Source of the DNA: Candidatus Doudnabacteria bacterium
GTDB taxonomy: Bacteria > Patescibacteriota > Doudnabacteria > UBA920 > O2-02-FULL-48-8
Assembly (NCBI GenBank): GCA_039931165.1
Contig: JBDTSL010000001.1
Coordinates: 66,214 to 130,213, forward strand
Length of the DNA: 64,000 nucleotides
Direction of reading: 5' to 3'
The position numbers were made by a program, and so were the translations under genes. The notes beneath the pieces were generated by a model. That model was not told where the DNA came from. It worked only from the letters and a program-made list of their open reading frames with translations, and did not search any database. Below, one piece after another: positions 46,531 to 56,124 of the stretch; position 1 is the stretch's first letter, and each line of letters opens with the position of its first letter.

Positions 46531-47532
46531 TTAGGGTTGCCTGTAAATATCAGCTGCTGTTTCCGGCAAAATTGTATTCACGTATACATCCGAGCCAAGT
46601 TCAAACCCGCCCCAGACGTTCAGGCGCGGCAAAATTTCCAGATGCCAATGATAACTGCGCACGTCATACCGGGTGTGGAGAGAGTGGGAAACAGGCAAAG
46701 TATGAATATAAAAATTGTAAGCCGGGTTTTTCAGCTTAAAATAAATTTTCTGCAAAATCAGCTTCAATACCCGGGCCAGTGATCGTCTTTCGCCATCGGT
46801 CATTTCAAAAAAATTGGCCTGGTGTCTTTTTGGGATTATACGCAAGGCAAAAGGCACCCGGGCGGCAAAAGGCGAAGAAACAAAAAAATCCTTTTCATCC
46901 AAAACCACCCGCACCTGGTCGGATAATTCCTTCAAAATAACTTCACAATAAATACAGGCCCCGCTTGCCAAAAAAGAGTGATAACTGCTGACAACCTCGC
47001 CATGCAGATGCTCCGGCACGAATGGCGTGGCAAAGATCTGGGAATGGGGATGCAAAATAGAAGCGCCGCCGGCGTGACCGTGATTTTGTATGACATGGAC
47101 ATACTCGACTTCAGGATGGTTGGAAAGCTCTACCATGCGGTCCTGATACACCTTAAGCGAGGTGTCTAAGATGTCATCCGTCAAAAAACCGGTCAGGATA
47201 TTATGCGGTCTGGTGATGATCACTTCGTGGTCGCCAATACCTTCACGGACGCGGTAAAAATCGTGCCGCTCCGAGCTTCCACCGAGATGGCCTAAGGCCT
47301 CAAATTTATTCGGAATGACGCGCACTTGCCAGTTCCGGCCGTTGGGGACCGAGCAAATTTCCTGATTTTTCTCTTCATTACCGGGACAAAAAGCGCAGGA
47401 TTTGTCTACCTCAGGAAGCTGGTCTGAAGGCGGTGTTGACGGTTCAAGCTTAAAATCCTCAGGTTTTGAGGCCCGGTTGGGCGCAAACAGCACCCAATGT
47501 TTGGAGACAATGTCCTGCCGGAATTCACTCAT
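46531..47532 (-). CDS. galT: Galactose-1-phosphate uridylyltransferase family (HIT superfamily)
   Basis: CAFCPGNE, PNKF, GASILHPHSQ, YHWHLEI. Confidence 0.88.
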   Translation of the reverse strand: MSEFRQDIVSKHWVLFAPNRASKPEDFKLEPSTPPSDQLPEVDKSCAFCPGNEEKNQEICSVPNGRNWQVRVIPNKFEALGHLGGSSERHDFYRVREGIGDHEVIITRPHNILTGFLTDDILDTSLKVYQDRMVELSNHPEVEYVHVIQNHGHAGGASILHPHSQIFATPFVPEHLHGEVVSSYHSFLASGACIYCEVILKELSDQVRVVLDEKDFFVSSPFAARVPFALRIIPKRHQANFFEMTDGERRSLARVLKLILQKIYFKLKNPAYNFYIHTLPVSHSLHTRYDVRSYHWHLEILPRLNVWGGFELGSDVYVNTILPETAADIYRQP

Positions 47533-48047
47533 CTAAACTGGAAAGTTAAAACCAGCTTCATGACCAGATTGTCCGTGCCCCGCAATTCATAAAGCTTGTT
47601 ATTGTGCTGGGCTAAGACGACAGTTTCCGAATGGCCGCCGCCGAGATCATTTATGATTTTCTGGGCCGGACTGCCGTCCACTCGAATCGTGTTTTCCTGG
47701 ACAATCTTCAGAGTTTTGCGGATGGCATTTTCCGAGGCAGGCGGCACCACCAGCACCGATACGCCTTCGTCCGAGATGGTGCTGGGGAAAATATTTATCA
47801 TCGAACTGTTGACAGCCTCAATCGACCAGTCCGCCGGAAAATGGACCCTGAATCCTAATCGGATATCTTGGAACGTATGCCATGGCTGAAATGTATTTTC
47901 TGCAATTTGAGATTCAAAGTTGACTTCCGTAACTTGAATATATCCGACCAGAGCAATTGTCACAAAAATTCCGTAAACTATTGCCCAAACCAGCCACCTG
48001 TTAGGGTGGACTATTATTTGATGGAACTTATGTAGTTTTTTTGCCAT
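47529..48047 (-). CDS. Membrane-anchored PsbP-like protein
   Basis: TM; WHTFQD..LGFRVHFP.DW ... LTFQF. Confidence 0.65.
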   Translation of the reverse strand: MAKKLHKFHQIIVHPNRWLVWAIVYGIFVTIALVGYIQVTEVNFESQIAENTFQPWHTFQDIRLGFRVHFPADWSIEAVNSSMINIFPSTISDEGVSVLVVPPASENAIRKTLKIVQENTIRVDGSPAQKIINDLGGGHSETVVLAQHNNKLYELRGTDNLVMKLVLTFQFR

Positions 48048-48075
48048 ATTTGTTTTTTAATTTTATTTGAATGCT

Positions 48076-48495
48076 TTATTCTGCCGTTCTTGCTTTTTTT
48101 GTATCGAGGTATTGCTGGAGCATGATCTGGGCTGCAATGTTATCTTTAACCCCCCTCTGCTCTTTTTCTTTGATTCCGAGCTCTCTCAGTCTGTTCGTTG
48201 CTTCCACTGAAGTAAACCGTTCGTCTATCAGGGTTATCGGGACTTTCACAGCCTTGGAAAGATTATCTACAAAAACCTTAAGTTTCACGGCGGATTTTTC
48301 TTCTTTGCCGGCCAAATTCTTAGGCAGTCCAACCAATACCAAGCTGATTCCGAGTTCATTAATTATTTTTATTATTTCAGCTATTGCATTTTGTGTTTCG
48401 AAGAACTGTTCCAGGGGAAAAGCGATTTTTCCTTCTTCATCCGAAACCGCCGCCCCGACCCGGGCTTCTCCCCAATCAATCGCCAAAACCCTCAT
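48076..48495 (-). CDS. ruvX: YqgF/RuvX pre-16S rRNA nuclease
   Basis: LAIDWGEARVG, VGLP, DERFTS, DNIAAQIML. Confidence 0.93.
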   Translation of the reverse strand: MRVLAIDWGEARVGAAVSDEEGKIAFPLEQFFETQNAIAEIIKIINELGISLVLVGLPKNLAGKEEKSAVKLKVFVDNLSKAVKVPITLIDERFTSVEATNRLRELGIKEKEQRGVKDNIAAQIMLQQYLDTKKARTAE

Positions 48496-48498
48496 TTA

Positions 48499-48629
48499 CC
48501 CCCACACCAAAAGAGCTTTTGTTTCGGCAAAGCCGAAACAGTTGGCTCTTGAATTATCGCTGTTGGACTATATTCAATCATTTTATATTCATAATTATTT
48601 TACTAAATAAGCTCGTTATGGTGTGGGGG
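48499..48629. mobile_element. Stop-codon-associated MITE-like element, copy 1 (htrA/ruvX)
   Basis: TIR CCCCCACACCA/TGGTGTGGGGG; TTTA on both flanks. Confidence 0.8.
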
Positions 48630-48630
48630 T

Positions 48631-49887
48631 TTATTTGCTCTCCCCTAAGGTCACCGTCAGATCTTTGGTTTTGCCGCCGCTGAAAACGGTCATTTTCACA
48701 ACATCTCCCGGATTAAAATCTTTCAGGTAGGAAGCCAAGCTATGGTCTTGATTTAAATCCTTCCCATTGATCTGCTGGATTATGTCATGTTCCTTAAGCC
48801 CGGCTTTATCCGCGGCCGAACCCGGTAAAACTGCCGGCGAGCTGATCAAGTCTCCCGAAACGATCAGCGCGCCATGGTCGACGCTTAAATTATTTTGCTG
48901 CTGGATGCTTTGGTTGATCATGACATACCTCACTCCAAGGAACGGCTTGACGATCCTGCCGACTTTTTGGAAGCTGCTGATATCTTTTTTGATGTCATTT
49001 ACCGGAATGGCAAATCCGATCAATTGTCCCTGGGAATCCATGGCGGTGTTAATGCCTATCACCGAACCGCCTATATCCAGAAGCGGACCGCCTGAATTGC
49101 CCGGATTGATCGCCGCGTCGGTCTGGATCACGCCTTCCAGTTGTTCGGAATCCGAACCGGTCTCACCGCCGGCCGTTATCGTCCGGCCGATGCCGGAAAC
49201 AATGCCTTTGGTGACAGTATTGCTATATTGGCCCAAGGAATTCCCGATCGCTATGACAGTCTGGCCGATCCGGAGACCGGAGGAATCACCCAAAGGTAAA
49301 GTTGGCAATTGACTGGCGCTTATTTTCACCAAAGCCAGATCATTGACCGGGTCGCGCGACAATACTGTCGCGTCATATTTCTTGCCGTCATTGGTCAGTA
49401 CTGTATAAGTGGCGGTTGTGTCTGCAACCACATGCTTGTTGGTCATGATCAGCCCATCGGAAGATACGATAAATCCGGAACCGCCTCCTATCTGCTGGAT
49501 ATTCGGCGTATTGTTTTTTTGGTTCTGCTGATTGCGGTTCTGAAAAAACGGGTCAAACGAAAAGGGGCCAAAGTCAAAAGGCGAGGTAGAATATCCGGGA
49601 ATTTTATTAAGATCTTTGGAAATTATGATCGAAACAACCGCCGGACTGGCATTCTTGACCACGTCAACAATCCCCGACTGTTCGTTCACGGAAACGGTTT
49701 TTATATCGCTGCCGATGCCGGAGCCAAATGAAACGCCATTATGCAATAAAAACGTTGAACCAAAAACAGCTCCTCCGATGCCAAAAAGAAAACTGAGCAA
49801 AACCACCAAAGTAATCAGCTTAATACTGGATTCCCCTGCTTCGGGCAAATCCGAAGTCAGAGCTTTTTCATTATTTAACTTTGTCAT
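48631..49887 (-). CDS. htrA: HtrA/DegP-like serine protease with PDZ domain
   Basis: GSGF, TNKHV, DAAINPGNSGGPL. Confidence 0.95.
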   Translation of the reverse strand: MTKLNNEKALTSDLPEAGESSIKLITLVVLLSFLFGIGGAVFGSTFLLHNGVSFGSGIGSDIKTVSVNEQSGIVDVVKNASPAVVSIIISKDLNKIPGYSTSPFDFGPFSFDPFFQNRNQQNQKNNTPNIQQIGGGSGFIVSSDGLIMTNKHVVADTTATYTVLTNDGKKYDATVLSRDPVNDLALVKISASQLPTLPLGDSSGLRIGQTVIAIGNSLGQYSNTVTKGIVSGIGRTITAGGETGSDSEQLEGVIQTDAAINPGNSGGPLLDIGGSVIGINTAMDSQGQLIGFAIPVNDIKKDISSFQKVGRIVKPFLGVRYVMINQSIQQQNNLSVDHGALIVSGDLISSPAVLPGSAADKAGLKEHDIIQQINGKDLNQDHSLASYLKDFNPGDVVKMTVFSGGKTKDLTVTLGESK

Positions 49888-49963
49888 ATTTTTATTGTGA
49901 TTTCAAAGTATGCGCTATGTACAGAACCATTAGATTATAACATATTTATGCTCAAAGGCAAAA

Positions 49964-50731
49964 TTAGACCGATGTAAGGATCTCGCAGCCGGCTTCAGTG
50001 ACCAAAACCGTATGTTCAGAATGCGCCGACCACCCGCCATCCACGGTTTTTATGGTCCAATTGTCATTTGTAAAATAAACCTTCCAGCCGCCTTCATTTA
50101 CCATTGGTTCCACCGCGATGACCATGCCTTTTACGAGTTTGGTCCCTGTTTTGGTTCGGCCAAAGCAAGGCACTTCCGGTTCTTCATGGACCGCTTTGCC
50201 GACGCCGTGGCCGACAAGCTGACGCACTACCTGAAAATCATTTTCCTGGACCTTTGTCTCGATCGCAAACCCGACGTCACCCGTATAATTGCCGGCTTTG
50301 ACCGCGGAAAGTCCGGCGGCCAAAGATTCTTTTGCGGCTTCGATCAGCTTGCGGTGCTTCTCGGTCACATCTCCGACCGGCACCGTGATAGCGGCGTCGG
50401 TGAACAATCCTTTGTATTGAACGCCCAAATCCAGGCCCACGATATCGCCGTCCTTTAAAATTTTATCCTTGTGAGGAATGCCATGAACGACTTCGTCATT
50501 GACAGACACACAAAGGCTGGCCGGAAAAGGCGGGTCGCCCGGTTCCGACCGGTAATTTTTAAAAGCCGGAATTCCGCCTCTCTTCCTGATTTCCATTTCC
50601 GCCAGTTTATCCAAATCAAAGGCCGACACTCCCGGTTTCACCTGACTAGCCGCCAAGTTTAAAACTTCGGCTAGAATCTTGCCGCCTTTGCGCAAAATTT
50701 CAATTTCTTTTGGATCGCTTGTAATCATCAA
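49964..50731 (-). CDS. map: Methionine aminopeptidase type I
   Basis: SVNDEVVHGIP, GHGVG, HEEP, EPM, SAHSEHT. Confidence 0.96.
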   Translation of the reverse strand: MMITSDPKEIEILRKGGKILAEVLNLAASQVKPGVSAFDLDKLAEMEIRKRGGIPAFKNYRSEPGDPPFPASLCVSVNDEVVHGIPHKDKILKDGDIVGLDLGVQYKGLFTDAAITVPVGDVTEKHRKLIEAAKESLAAGLSAVKAGNYTGDVGFAIETKVQENDFQVVRQLVGHGVGKAVHEEPEVPCFGRTKTGTKLVKGMVIAVEPMVNEGGWKVYFTNDNWTIKTVDGGWSAHSEHTVLVTEAGCEILTSV

Positions 50732-51287
50732 TTTTCTTTTTCATATCCAGGGCCACTTTTATGATGTCTTGGTTGCCATTGATAAACTTGACCTTGTTGA
50801 ATTTCTGAAAATATTTAATGGTTTCCATAACTTGTTTTTTGTGATACTTGATCCTCGACTTGATATAGCCCATGTCCAAATCGCTTTTTTCACGGTCCCG
50901 GTGGAATGAGCGTTTTTTTATTAACGCATCAGGGAGCCTTATATAAAGAGCGAAAAAATCGCGTTTTTTCTTATCCAACATTTTTTTCAACAAAATAGCT
51001 TCGTTTTTCAGCCGCGGATTGCCGACAAACAATAAATTTTTACTTTTCGGGGCGCGCTCAACCGCCTTTTTTATAAAATCATCAATAATTTTTGAAGGCA
51101 CCGGCAAGCCCTTATCATAAGTCTGCTTAAATATTTTTTTATACCGGGGATTTTCACGCAACCGCCGCAAATACTCTCCTGATCTGATCGGTTTCAGATC
51201 ATAATAGTTCATAAGCAAATCAGCCTGGGTATCTTTGCCTGAGGCGGGTGATCCTAAGATAATTAAATCAAATCCTAATCGCTTCAT
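50700..51287 (-). CDS. Adenylate-kinase-family NMP kinase, divergent paralog
   Basis: GSPASGKDTQA P-loop, GNPR. Confidence 0.85.
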   Translation of the reverse strand: MKRLGFDLIILGSPASGKDTQADLLMNYYDLKPIRSGEYLRRLRENPRYKKIFKQTYDKGLPVPSKIIDDFIKKAVERAPKSKNLLFVGNPRLKNEAILLKKMLDKKKRDFFALYIRLPDALIKKRSFHRDREKSDLDMGYIKSRIKYHKKQVMETIKYFQKFNKVKFINGNQDIIKVALDMKKKIDDYKRSKRN

Positions 51288-51853
51288 TTCAGTTTCTCCA
51301 TAATGTCTTTATGGACATTCTCTACGGTCTGGTCGCCGTTTATATGGATGAGCATGCCTTTTAATTCATAAAAATCCCGGATCTTGGCGGTTTTCTTTTG
51401 AAATTCGTCAAAGCGCCTCTCCACCGCCAATGTGCTCACATCATCCGCGCGGCCTTCAGTTTTACTCCGAAGCGCCAAACGGCCGAGGAGTTTCTTTTTA
51501 TCGACATCCAACAGCATAATTTTTTGATCCGTCACTTTATGCTCGGCAAGAACTCCATTAAGCATTTCCACTTGTCCCGGGGTTCTTGGAAATCCATCAA
51601 CCACTAAACCTGATTTACCCATAACCTTTGATATGAATTGATCAAACACTTGCCGCGTTAATTCATCGGAAACAATTAACCCCTGTTCGATCGGGGCCTT
51701 GATTTGCGTTCCCAACGGCGTATCCTGCCTGGCAACTTCCCGCAAAGTATCCCCCATGCTGAAATAACCGTATCCGAGTTTATCGATCAGCAATTTGCTT
51801 TGCGTGCCTTTGCCGCTCCCCGGCGGCCCCATGAGAATAATAATCTGCTTCAT
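51284..51853 (-). CDS. adk: Adenylate kinase (short LID type)
   Basis: GPPGSGKGTQ, DGFPRT, GRADD. Confidence 0.93.
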   Translation of the reverse strand: MKQIIILMGPPGSGKGTQSKLLIDKLGYGYFSMGDTLREVARQDTPLGTQIKAPIEQGLIVSDELTRQVFDQFISKVMGKSGLVVDGFPRTPGQVEMLNGVLAEHKVTDQKIMLLDVDKKKLLGRLALRSKTEGRADDVSTLAVERRFDEFQKKTAKIRDFYELKGMLIHINGDQTVENVHKDIMEKLK

Positions 51854-51885
51854 GTCACTATTATAACCTAAAATCTTGGTTTAAC

Positions 51886-51909
51886 AAAAAGCCGCCTTTC
51901 GGCGGCTTC
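51886..51909 (-). terminator. Intrinsic terminator after secY
   Basis: Minus strand AAGCCGCC-GAAA-GGCGGCTTTTT. Confidence 0.85.
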
Positions 51910-51940
51910 TACTTTCTATTTTCTACTTGCTATTTTCTAA

Positions 51941-53239
51941 TTAAAAATCCTCGTAATCTCTCATTACCATCTGGGCCTGGACCTGCTTCATAACTTCGAT
52001 CACCACGGATACCACGATCAGAAGAGATGTTCCGCCCAATGTCAGCGATTGGCTGTGGGTAAATGCCTGGACAATGTTCGGCAGAACCGCGATCAGGCCC
52101 AGGAAAATGGCGCCAACCAAGGTGATGCGGTTCAGAACTTTATACAAAAATTCCGCGGTCTGAAACCCGGGGCGCAGTCCCGGAATAAATCCGCCTTGTT
52201 TCTGGATATTTTCGGAGATTTCTTCGGGATTGAATACGATGGCGGTATAGAAGTAAGTGAAAGCCACGACCAAAATAAAATATATGATGCCCTGGTAGGT
52301 CTGGTTCTGGAAAAAATTATTGATGGCGGTAGCGGCGTGGGCGACAAACTCAGTCTTGGCATTGGAAAAGAAATTGGCGATAAGACCCGGAAAAAGCAAA
52401 ATGGAAATGGCAAAAATTATAGGGATCACCCCGGCTTGGTTTACTCTCAGCGGCAAATGAGTATTCACTCCGCCGTACATTTTATTGCCTCGGATCCTTT
52501 TCGCATAAGATACGGGGATATTCCTTTGAGCTTCGGTGATCAGTACAACTCCGCCGATGACCACCGCGGCCAACGCCACATAAGATAGCGCTGTGATCAG
52601 ATTCTGAGGGCTGATGGCCGAACCCGAGCCAGATAGGCTCAAATACGCCTGTTGCACCACGGTCGGAAGCCGAGCTACTATCCCGGCAAAAATGATCAGG
52701 GAAATACCGTTGCCGATTTTGAATTCGGAAATCATCTCGCCCAGCCAGAGCAGGATCATGGTACCAGTGGTAACGGAAAGCAAAGTCACAAACCATTGAA
52801 ATGGCGAAAAACCAGACGTAATATCGATGTTGCTGGTGCGAGAAAGCAAAATAATCGTGCCATATGCCTGGATCGGGGTCAAAGGAACTGTCAAATAACG
52901 CATGTACTGGTTGATCTTCATGCGTCCGGCCTCTCCCCCTTCTTTGGACAGCTCACCGAGCTTCGGAATGATGATCGTCAGCAGCTGGATGATGATCGAA
53001 GCGGTGATGTATGGTCCCACGCCGAGCATGACAATGGAAAAATTACGCAGTCCGCCTCCGGAAAAAATATCGAATAATCCCAGCAGCTGGTTGGTGTTCA
53101 GCAAAGCCCGTAAATTCGTCACGTCTATCCCGGGGATCGGAATGTGGGCAAGAACTCTGGTCGCGACCAAAAGCAGAGCCACGAAGATGATCCTGTTGCG
53201 AAGCTCTTTAACTTTCCAGATTTGAGAAATCCTAGACAT
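51941..53239 (-). CDS. secY: Preprotein translocase SecY
   Basis: LGVGPYITASII, GNGISLIIFAG, IPGLRPG, GGTSLLI. Confidence 0.98.
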   Translation of the reverse strand: MSRISQIWKVKELRNRIIFVALLLVATRVLAHIPIPGIDVTNLRALLNTNQLLGLFDIFSGGGLRNFSIVMLGVGPYITASIIIQLLTIIIPKLGELSKEGGEAGRMKINQYMRYLTVPLTPIQAYGTIILLSRTSNIDITSGFSPFQWFVTLLSVTTGTMILLWLGEMISEFKIGNGISLIIFAGIVARLPTVVQQAYLSLSGSGSAISPQNLITALSYVALAAVVIGGVVLITEAQRNIPVSYAKRIRGNKMYGGVNTHLPLRVNQAGVIPIIFAISILLFPGLIANFFSNAKTEFVAHAATAINNFFQNQTYQGIIYFILVVAFTYFYTAIVFNPEEISENIQKQGGFIPGLRPGFQTAEFLYKVLNRITLVGAIFLGLIAVLPNIVQAFTHSQSLTLGGTSLLIVVSVVIEVMKQVQAQMVMRDYEDF

Positions 53240-53243
53240 AAAT

Positions 53244-53307
53244 TAGGTTATAGGTTATAGGTTATAGGTTGTAGCCGGTTGAGCTATAACCTATCACCTA
53301 AAACCTA
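53244..53307. repeat. Inverted heptamer array (TAGGTTA)n/(TAACCTA)n
   Basis: taggtta x3 taggttgtagc-cggttga-gctataacctatcacctaaaaccta. Confidence 0.8.
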
Positions 53308-53748
53308 GTTACTGATCTTTCCTCCGGCTTTCTGCACTTTCTCCAGCGCCGAAGCTGAAAACTTGATCTTTTCAAAATTCAAGGCTTTTTTAATTTCACC
53401 TGAAGCCAGAATTTTCACTTCAAGGCTTGCGGATTTGATAAGTCCTAAATTATATAAAACTTTCGGATTGACCTTATCGCCTGCCTTAAATTTATTGTTC
53501 AGATCATCAAGGCCCAAAACTGTAAGTTTGGTATTTCTGGAAGTAAAACCCCGGCGCTTCGGCAATTGGCGCTGCAACGGCATACGGCCGCCTTCGAACC
53601 CGACCGGGATCGAAGAGCCTGAACGGGCTTTTTGGCCTTTGGCGCCGCGGCCCGAATACGTTCCGTGGCCCGAACCAACACCGCGCCCGACAACTTTGCG
53701 GCGTTTGGTGGCTCCTCTATATGGTTTAAGCTCCGATAACTTCAACAT
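53305..53748 (-). CDS. rplO: 50S ribosomal protein L15
   Basis: GRG.GSG.G..SGRG.KGQKAR, GFEGG. Confidence 0.97.
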   Translation of the reverse strand: MLKLSELKPYRGATKRRKVVGRGVGSGHGTYSGRGAKGQKARSGSSIPVGFEGGRMPLQRQLPKRRGFTSRNTKLTVLGLDDLNNKFKAGDKVNPKVLYNLGLIKSASLEVKILASGEIKKALNFEKIKFSASALEKVQKAGGKISN

Positions 53749-53751
53749 ATA

Positions 53752-54273
53752 TTACTCCGTTACTTTCTGGACAGCCTTACGGCTGGCAATTTCTTCTTTT
53801 GACCGCAGTTTAGACAAAGCCAAATATGTGGCCATGACATTATTCACTTTATTCGAAGAACCGAGCATTTTTGACAGGACGTTTCTGACACCGACCAAGT
53901 CCAGCACTTGCCTGATCGCCCCGCCGGCAATCACTCCGGTGCCGGGCTGGGCGGGCTTAAGGAATACCACCGAGGATTTATATTTGAACTTGATTTCGTG
54001 AGGGATCGTGTCATTCACTATTTTGATCGGGATCATTGTTTTCTTGGCAGCAGTCACGGCCTTATTCACGGCTTCCGAAACATCCGCCCCTTTCTTGAGT
54101 CCGATGCCGACCCGGCCTTTCTTGTCGCCGATCACGACCAGAGCTCGAAAACGCATGCGCTTGCCGCCGGCAACCACGCGAGTGACGCGCTTGATCTCTA
54201 CGATCTTCTGTTCAAAATCTTTCTTTCCGCCGTCGCCCTGTCCCCGGCCGCGGCCTTGTCTTTTAAATGCCAT
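53752..54273 (-). CDS. rpsE: 30S ribosomal protein S5
   Basis: RVTRVVAGG, GTGVIAGG. Confidence 0.97.
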   Translation of the reverse strand: MAFKRQGRGRGQGDGGKKDFEQKIVEIKRVTRVVAGGKRMRFRALVVIGDKKGRVGIGLKKGADVSEAVNKAVTAAKKTMIPIKIVNDTIPHEIKFKYKSSVVFLKPAQPGTGVIAGGAIRQVLDLVGVRNVLSKMLGSSNKVNNVMATYLALSKLRSKEEIASRKAVQKVTE

Positions 54274-54277
54274 AGGT

Positions 54278-54622
54278 TTAAAACTCCAATCCAGCGGCTC
54301 TCGCCGCTTCCGCTAATTCTTTCACACGGCCATGGTATTGATAGCCGCCTCGGTCAAATACGATTTTTTTGATGCCTAGGGCCTTAGCTTTTTCCGCGGC
54401 CAATTTACCCACAGCGGCGGCGATTTCCGATTTCTTGCCCTTGCTTTTAACTTCAGAGCTTGAAGCAGCAGCCAGGGTTTTACCGGTTTCGTCGTCGATC
54501 AGCTGGATATAAATGTGCGAAAGTGAGCGAAAAACATTCAGCCTTGGCTTGGATGAACTGCCGATGACTTTAGCGCGAACCCTTCTCTGGCGCATTTTTC
54601 GTTGTGCTTGTCTGGTATTCAT
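54278..54622 (-). CDS. rplR: 50S ribosomal protein L18
   Basis: [20 protein letters not shown]; start set at ATG 54622, outside the repeat. Confidence 0.96.
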   Translation of the reverse strand: MNTRQAQRKMRQRRVRAKVIGSSSKPRLNVFRSLSHIYIQLIDDETGKTLAAASSSEVKSKGKKSEIAAAVGKLAAEKAKALGIKKIVFDRGGYQYHGRVKELAEAARAAGLEF

Positions 54623-54627
54623 ATTTA

Positions 54628-54760
54628 CCCCCACACCAAACGAGCTTTTCTTCCGGCAAAGCCGAAACAATTTTCCCGTGATGTGTTAATTTCTTCGTAA
54701 TCTACTAATATTCTTATAATCATAATTATTTTACTAAATAAGCTCGTTATGGTGTGGGGG
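54628..54760. mobile_element. Stop-codon-associated MITE-like element, copy 2 (rplF/rplR)
   Basis: Same TIR; TTTA at 54624-27 and 54761-64. Confidence 0.8.
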
Positions 54761-54761
54761 T

Positions 54762-55343
54762 TTATTTCGCTCCCACGGCCTTCACGACTTTGCCGGCTTT
54801 GCGTCTGATGACCTCATCCGAATATTTAATACCTTTGCCTTTATAAGGCTCCGGTTGCCGGTGAGAACGCACAACCGCGGCAAATTGCCCGACCGCCTGG
54901 CGGTCAGAGCCCGTGATGGTAATCGTGTTTTTCTCGACTTTCGCTTCCAGCCCCTGCGGCACTTCCATTTCGATCGGGTGAGAATAACCCAGATTTAAAA
55001 CCAATTTTTTTCCGGAAATCGCCGCCTTATACCCCACACCGTTGATCTCCAAAATTTTTGTAAACCCGGTGGTGACCCCGACGATCATATTGTTGATCAG
55101 TGCCCGGAACAGTCCCCACAAGGCACGCTGCTGTTTATTCTCACTATCGCCTACGCTAACCAGCACTTCCGAGTCTTTTTGTTCGACTTTAACTTTCGGA
55201 TGCAACGCCAAACTCAGCTCTCCTTTAGGTCCTTTGACTTGCAGGATTGAGTCCTTTCCGCCGGAGGCGGATCCGCCTTCGGCGGAGATGTCAACTGTGA
55301 CACCCGCGGGCACTGGAATTGGTTTTTTTCCTATTCTGGACAT
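54762..55343 (-). CDS. rplF: 50S ribosomal protein L6 (with 10-aa insertion)
   Basis: MSRIGKKP, KGPKG, PEPYKGKG. Confidence 0.97.
   Translation of the reverse strand: MSRIGKKPIPVPAGVTVDISAEGGSASGGKDSILQVKGPKGELSLALHPKVKVEQKDSEVLVSVGDSENKQQRALWGLFRALINNMIVGVTTGFTKILEINGVGYKAAISGKKLVLNLGYSHPIEMEVPQGLEAKVEKNTITITGSDRQAVGQFAAVVRSHRQPEPYKGKGIKYSDEVIRRKAGKVVKAVGAK
55257..55286. repeat. In-frame 30-nt twin-hairpin palindrome (SAEGGSASGG)
   Basis: Coding strand TCCGCC-GAA-GGCGGA TCCGCC-TCC-GGCGGA. Confidence 0.85.
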
Positions 55344-55378
55344 AGTTTTTTAATCTTTAATCTAAAATCTTTAATCCT

Positions 55379-55777
55379 CTACCACACCTGGCAGACAACC
55401 TCGCCGCCAATCTTGTTTTGGCGCGCTTCCTTATCCGTCATTAATCCTTTCGAGGTTGAAATGATCGTGGTGCCGATGCCTCCCATGACTTTCGGGATCT
55501 CGGTTCTGGCGGAGTAAATCCTCTGTCCGGGTTTGCTGACACGCTTGATCCCTGAAATCACAGGCAGTCCGGTCTCGTCATATTTGAGTTCCAACAACAA
55601 GCTTTTGAAACCATCGGTCTCCTTGACTTCCACTTTCTTGATATAACCTTCAGAATGCAAAACCTTGGCCAAATTATGCTTAAAATTCGAATAGGGCAAA
55701 ACCACGTCCGGTTTGCGTGCCATCAGGCCGTTGCGGATGCGGGTCAACATATCGGAAATTGTATCGGTCATGGTCAT
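55379..55777 (-). CDS. rpsH: 30S ribosomal protein S8
   Basis: DTISDMLTRIRN, SKPGQRIY, GGEV. Confidence 0.97.
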   Translation of the reverse strand: MTMTDTISDMLTRIRNGLMARKPDVVLPYSNFKHNLAKVLHSEGYIKKVEVKETDGFKSLLLELKYDETGLPVISGIKRVSKPGQRIYSARTEIPKVMGGIGTTIISTSKGLMTDKEARQNKIGGEVVCQVW

Positions 55778-55782
55778 ATTTA

Positions 55783-55916
55783 CCCCCACACCAAACGAGC
55801 TTCTGTTTCGGCAAAGCCGAAACAGTTTGCTCTTGAATTATTTTCTTCTCTGTTATATTCGATCATTCTTGTAGTCATAAATATTATTACTAAATAAGCT
55901 CGTTATGGTGTGGGGA
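55783..55916. mobile_element. Stop-codon-associated MITE-like element, copy 3 (rpsN/rpsH)
   Basis: Same TIR; TTTA at 55779-82 and 55917-20. Confidence 0.8.
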
Positions 55917-55917
55917 T

Positions 55918-56112
55918 TTACCAAGAAGCCTTAAATACGCCGGGGATCTCGCCGTTGGATGCTAGTTCCCGAAAACAAATGCGGCAAATATCAAAATCAC
56001 GCATATAGCCGCGCTTGCGGCCGCAGCGCCAACAGCGTCTGACCACGCGCGTCGAATACTTCGGGTTGGTGCGCGAACGGAATGATTTAATTGTCTGTGC
56101 TTTGGTTGCCAT
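55918..56112 (-). CDS. rpsN: 30S ribosomal protein S14 (zinc-binding type Z)
   Basis: RCWRCGR...[13 protein letters not shown]. Confidence 0.96.
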   Translation of the reverse strand: MATKAQTIKSFRSRTNPKYSTRVVRRCWRCGRKRGYMRDFDICRICFRELASNGEIPGVFKASW

Positions 56113-56124
56113 ATCTTTGTAATT

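Noticed and set aside
54623-54670. N-terminal extensions of L18 (and of S8 at 55778-55789) in the ORF track
   Set aside because: They are read-through into the inserted repeat element; the conserved proteins start at the ATG just outside it.
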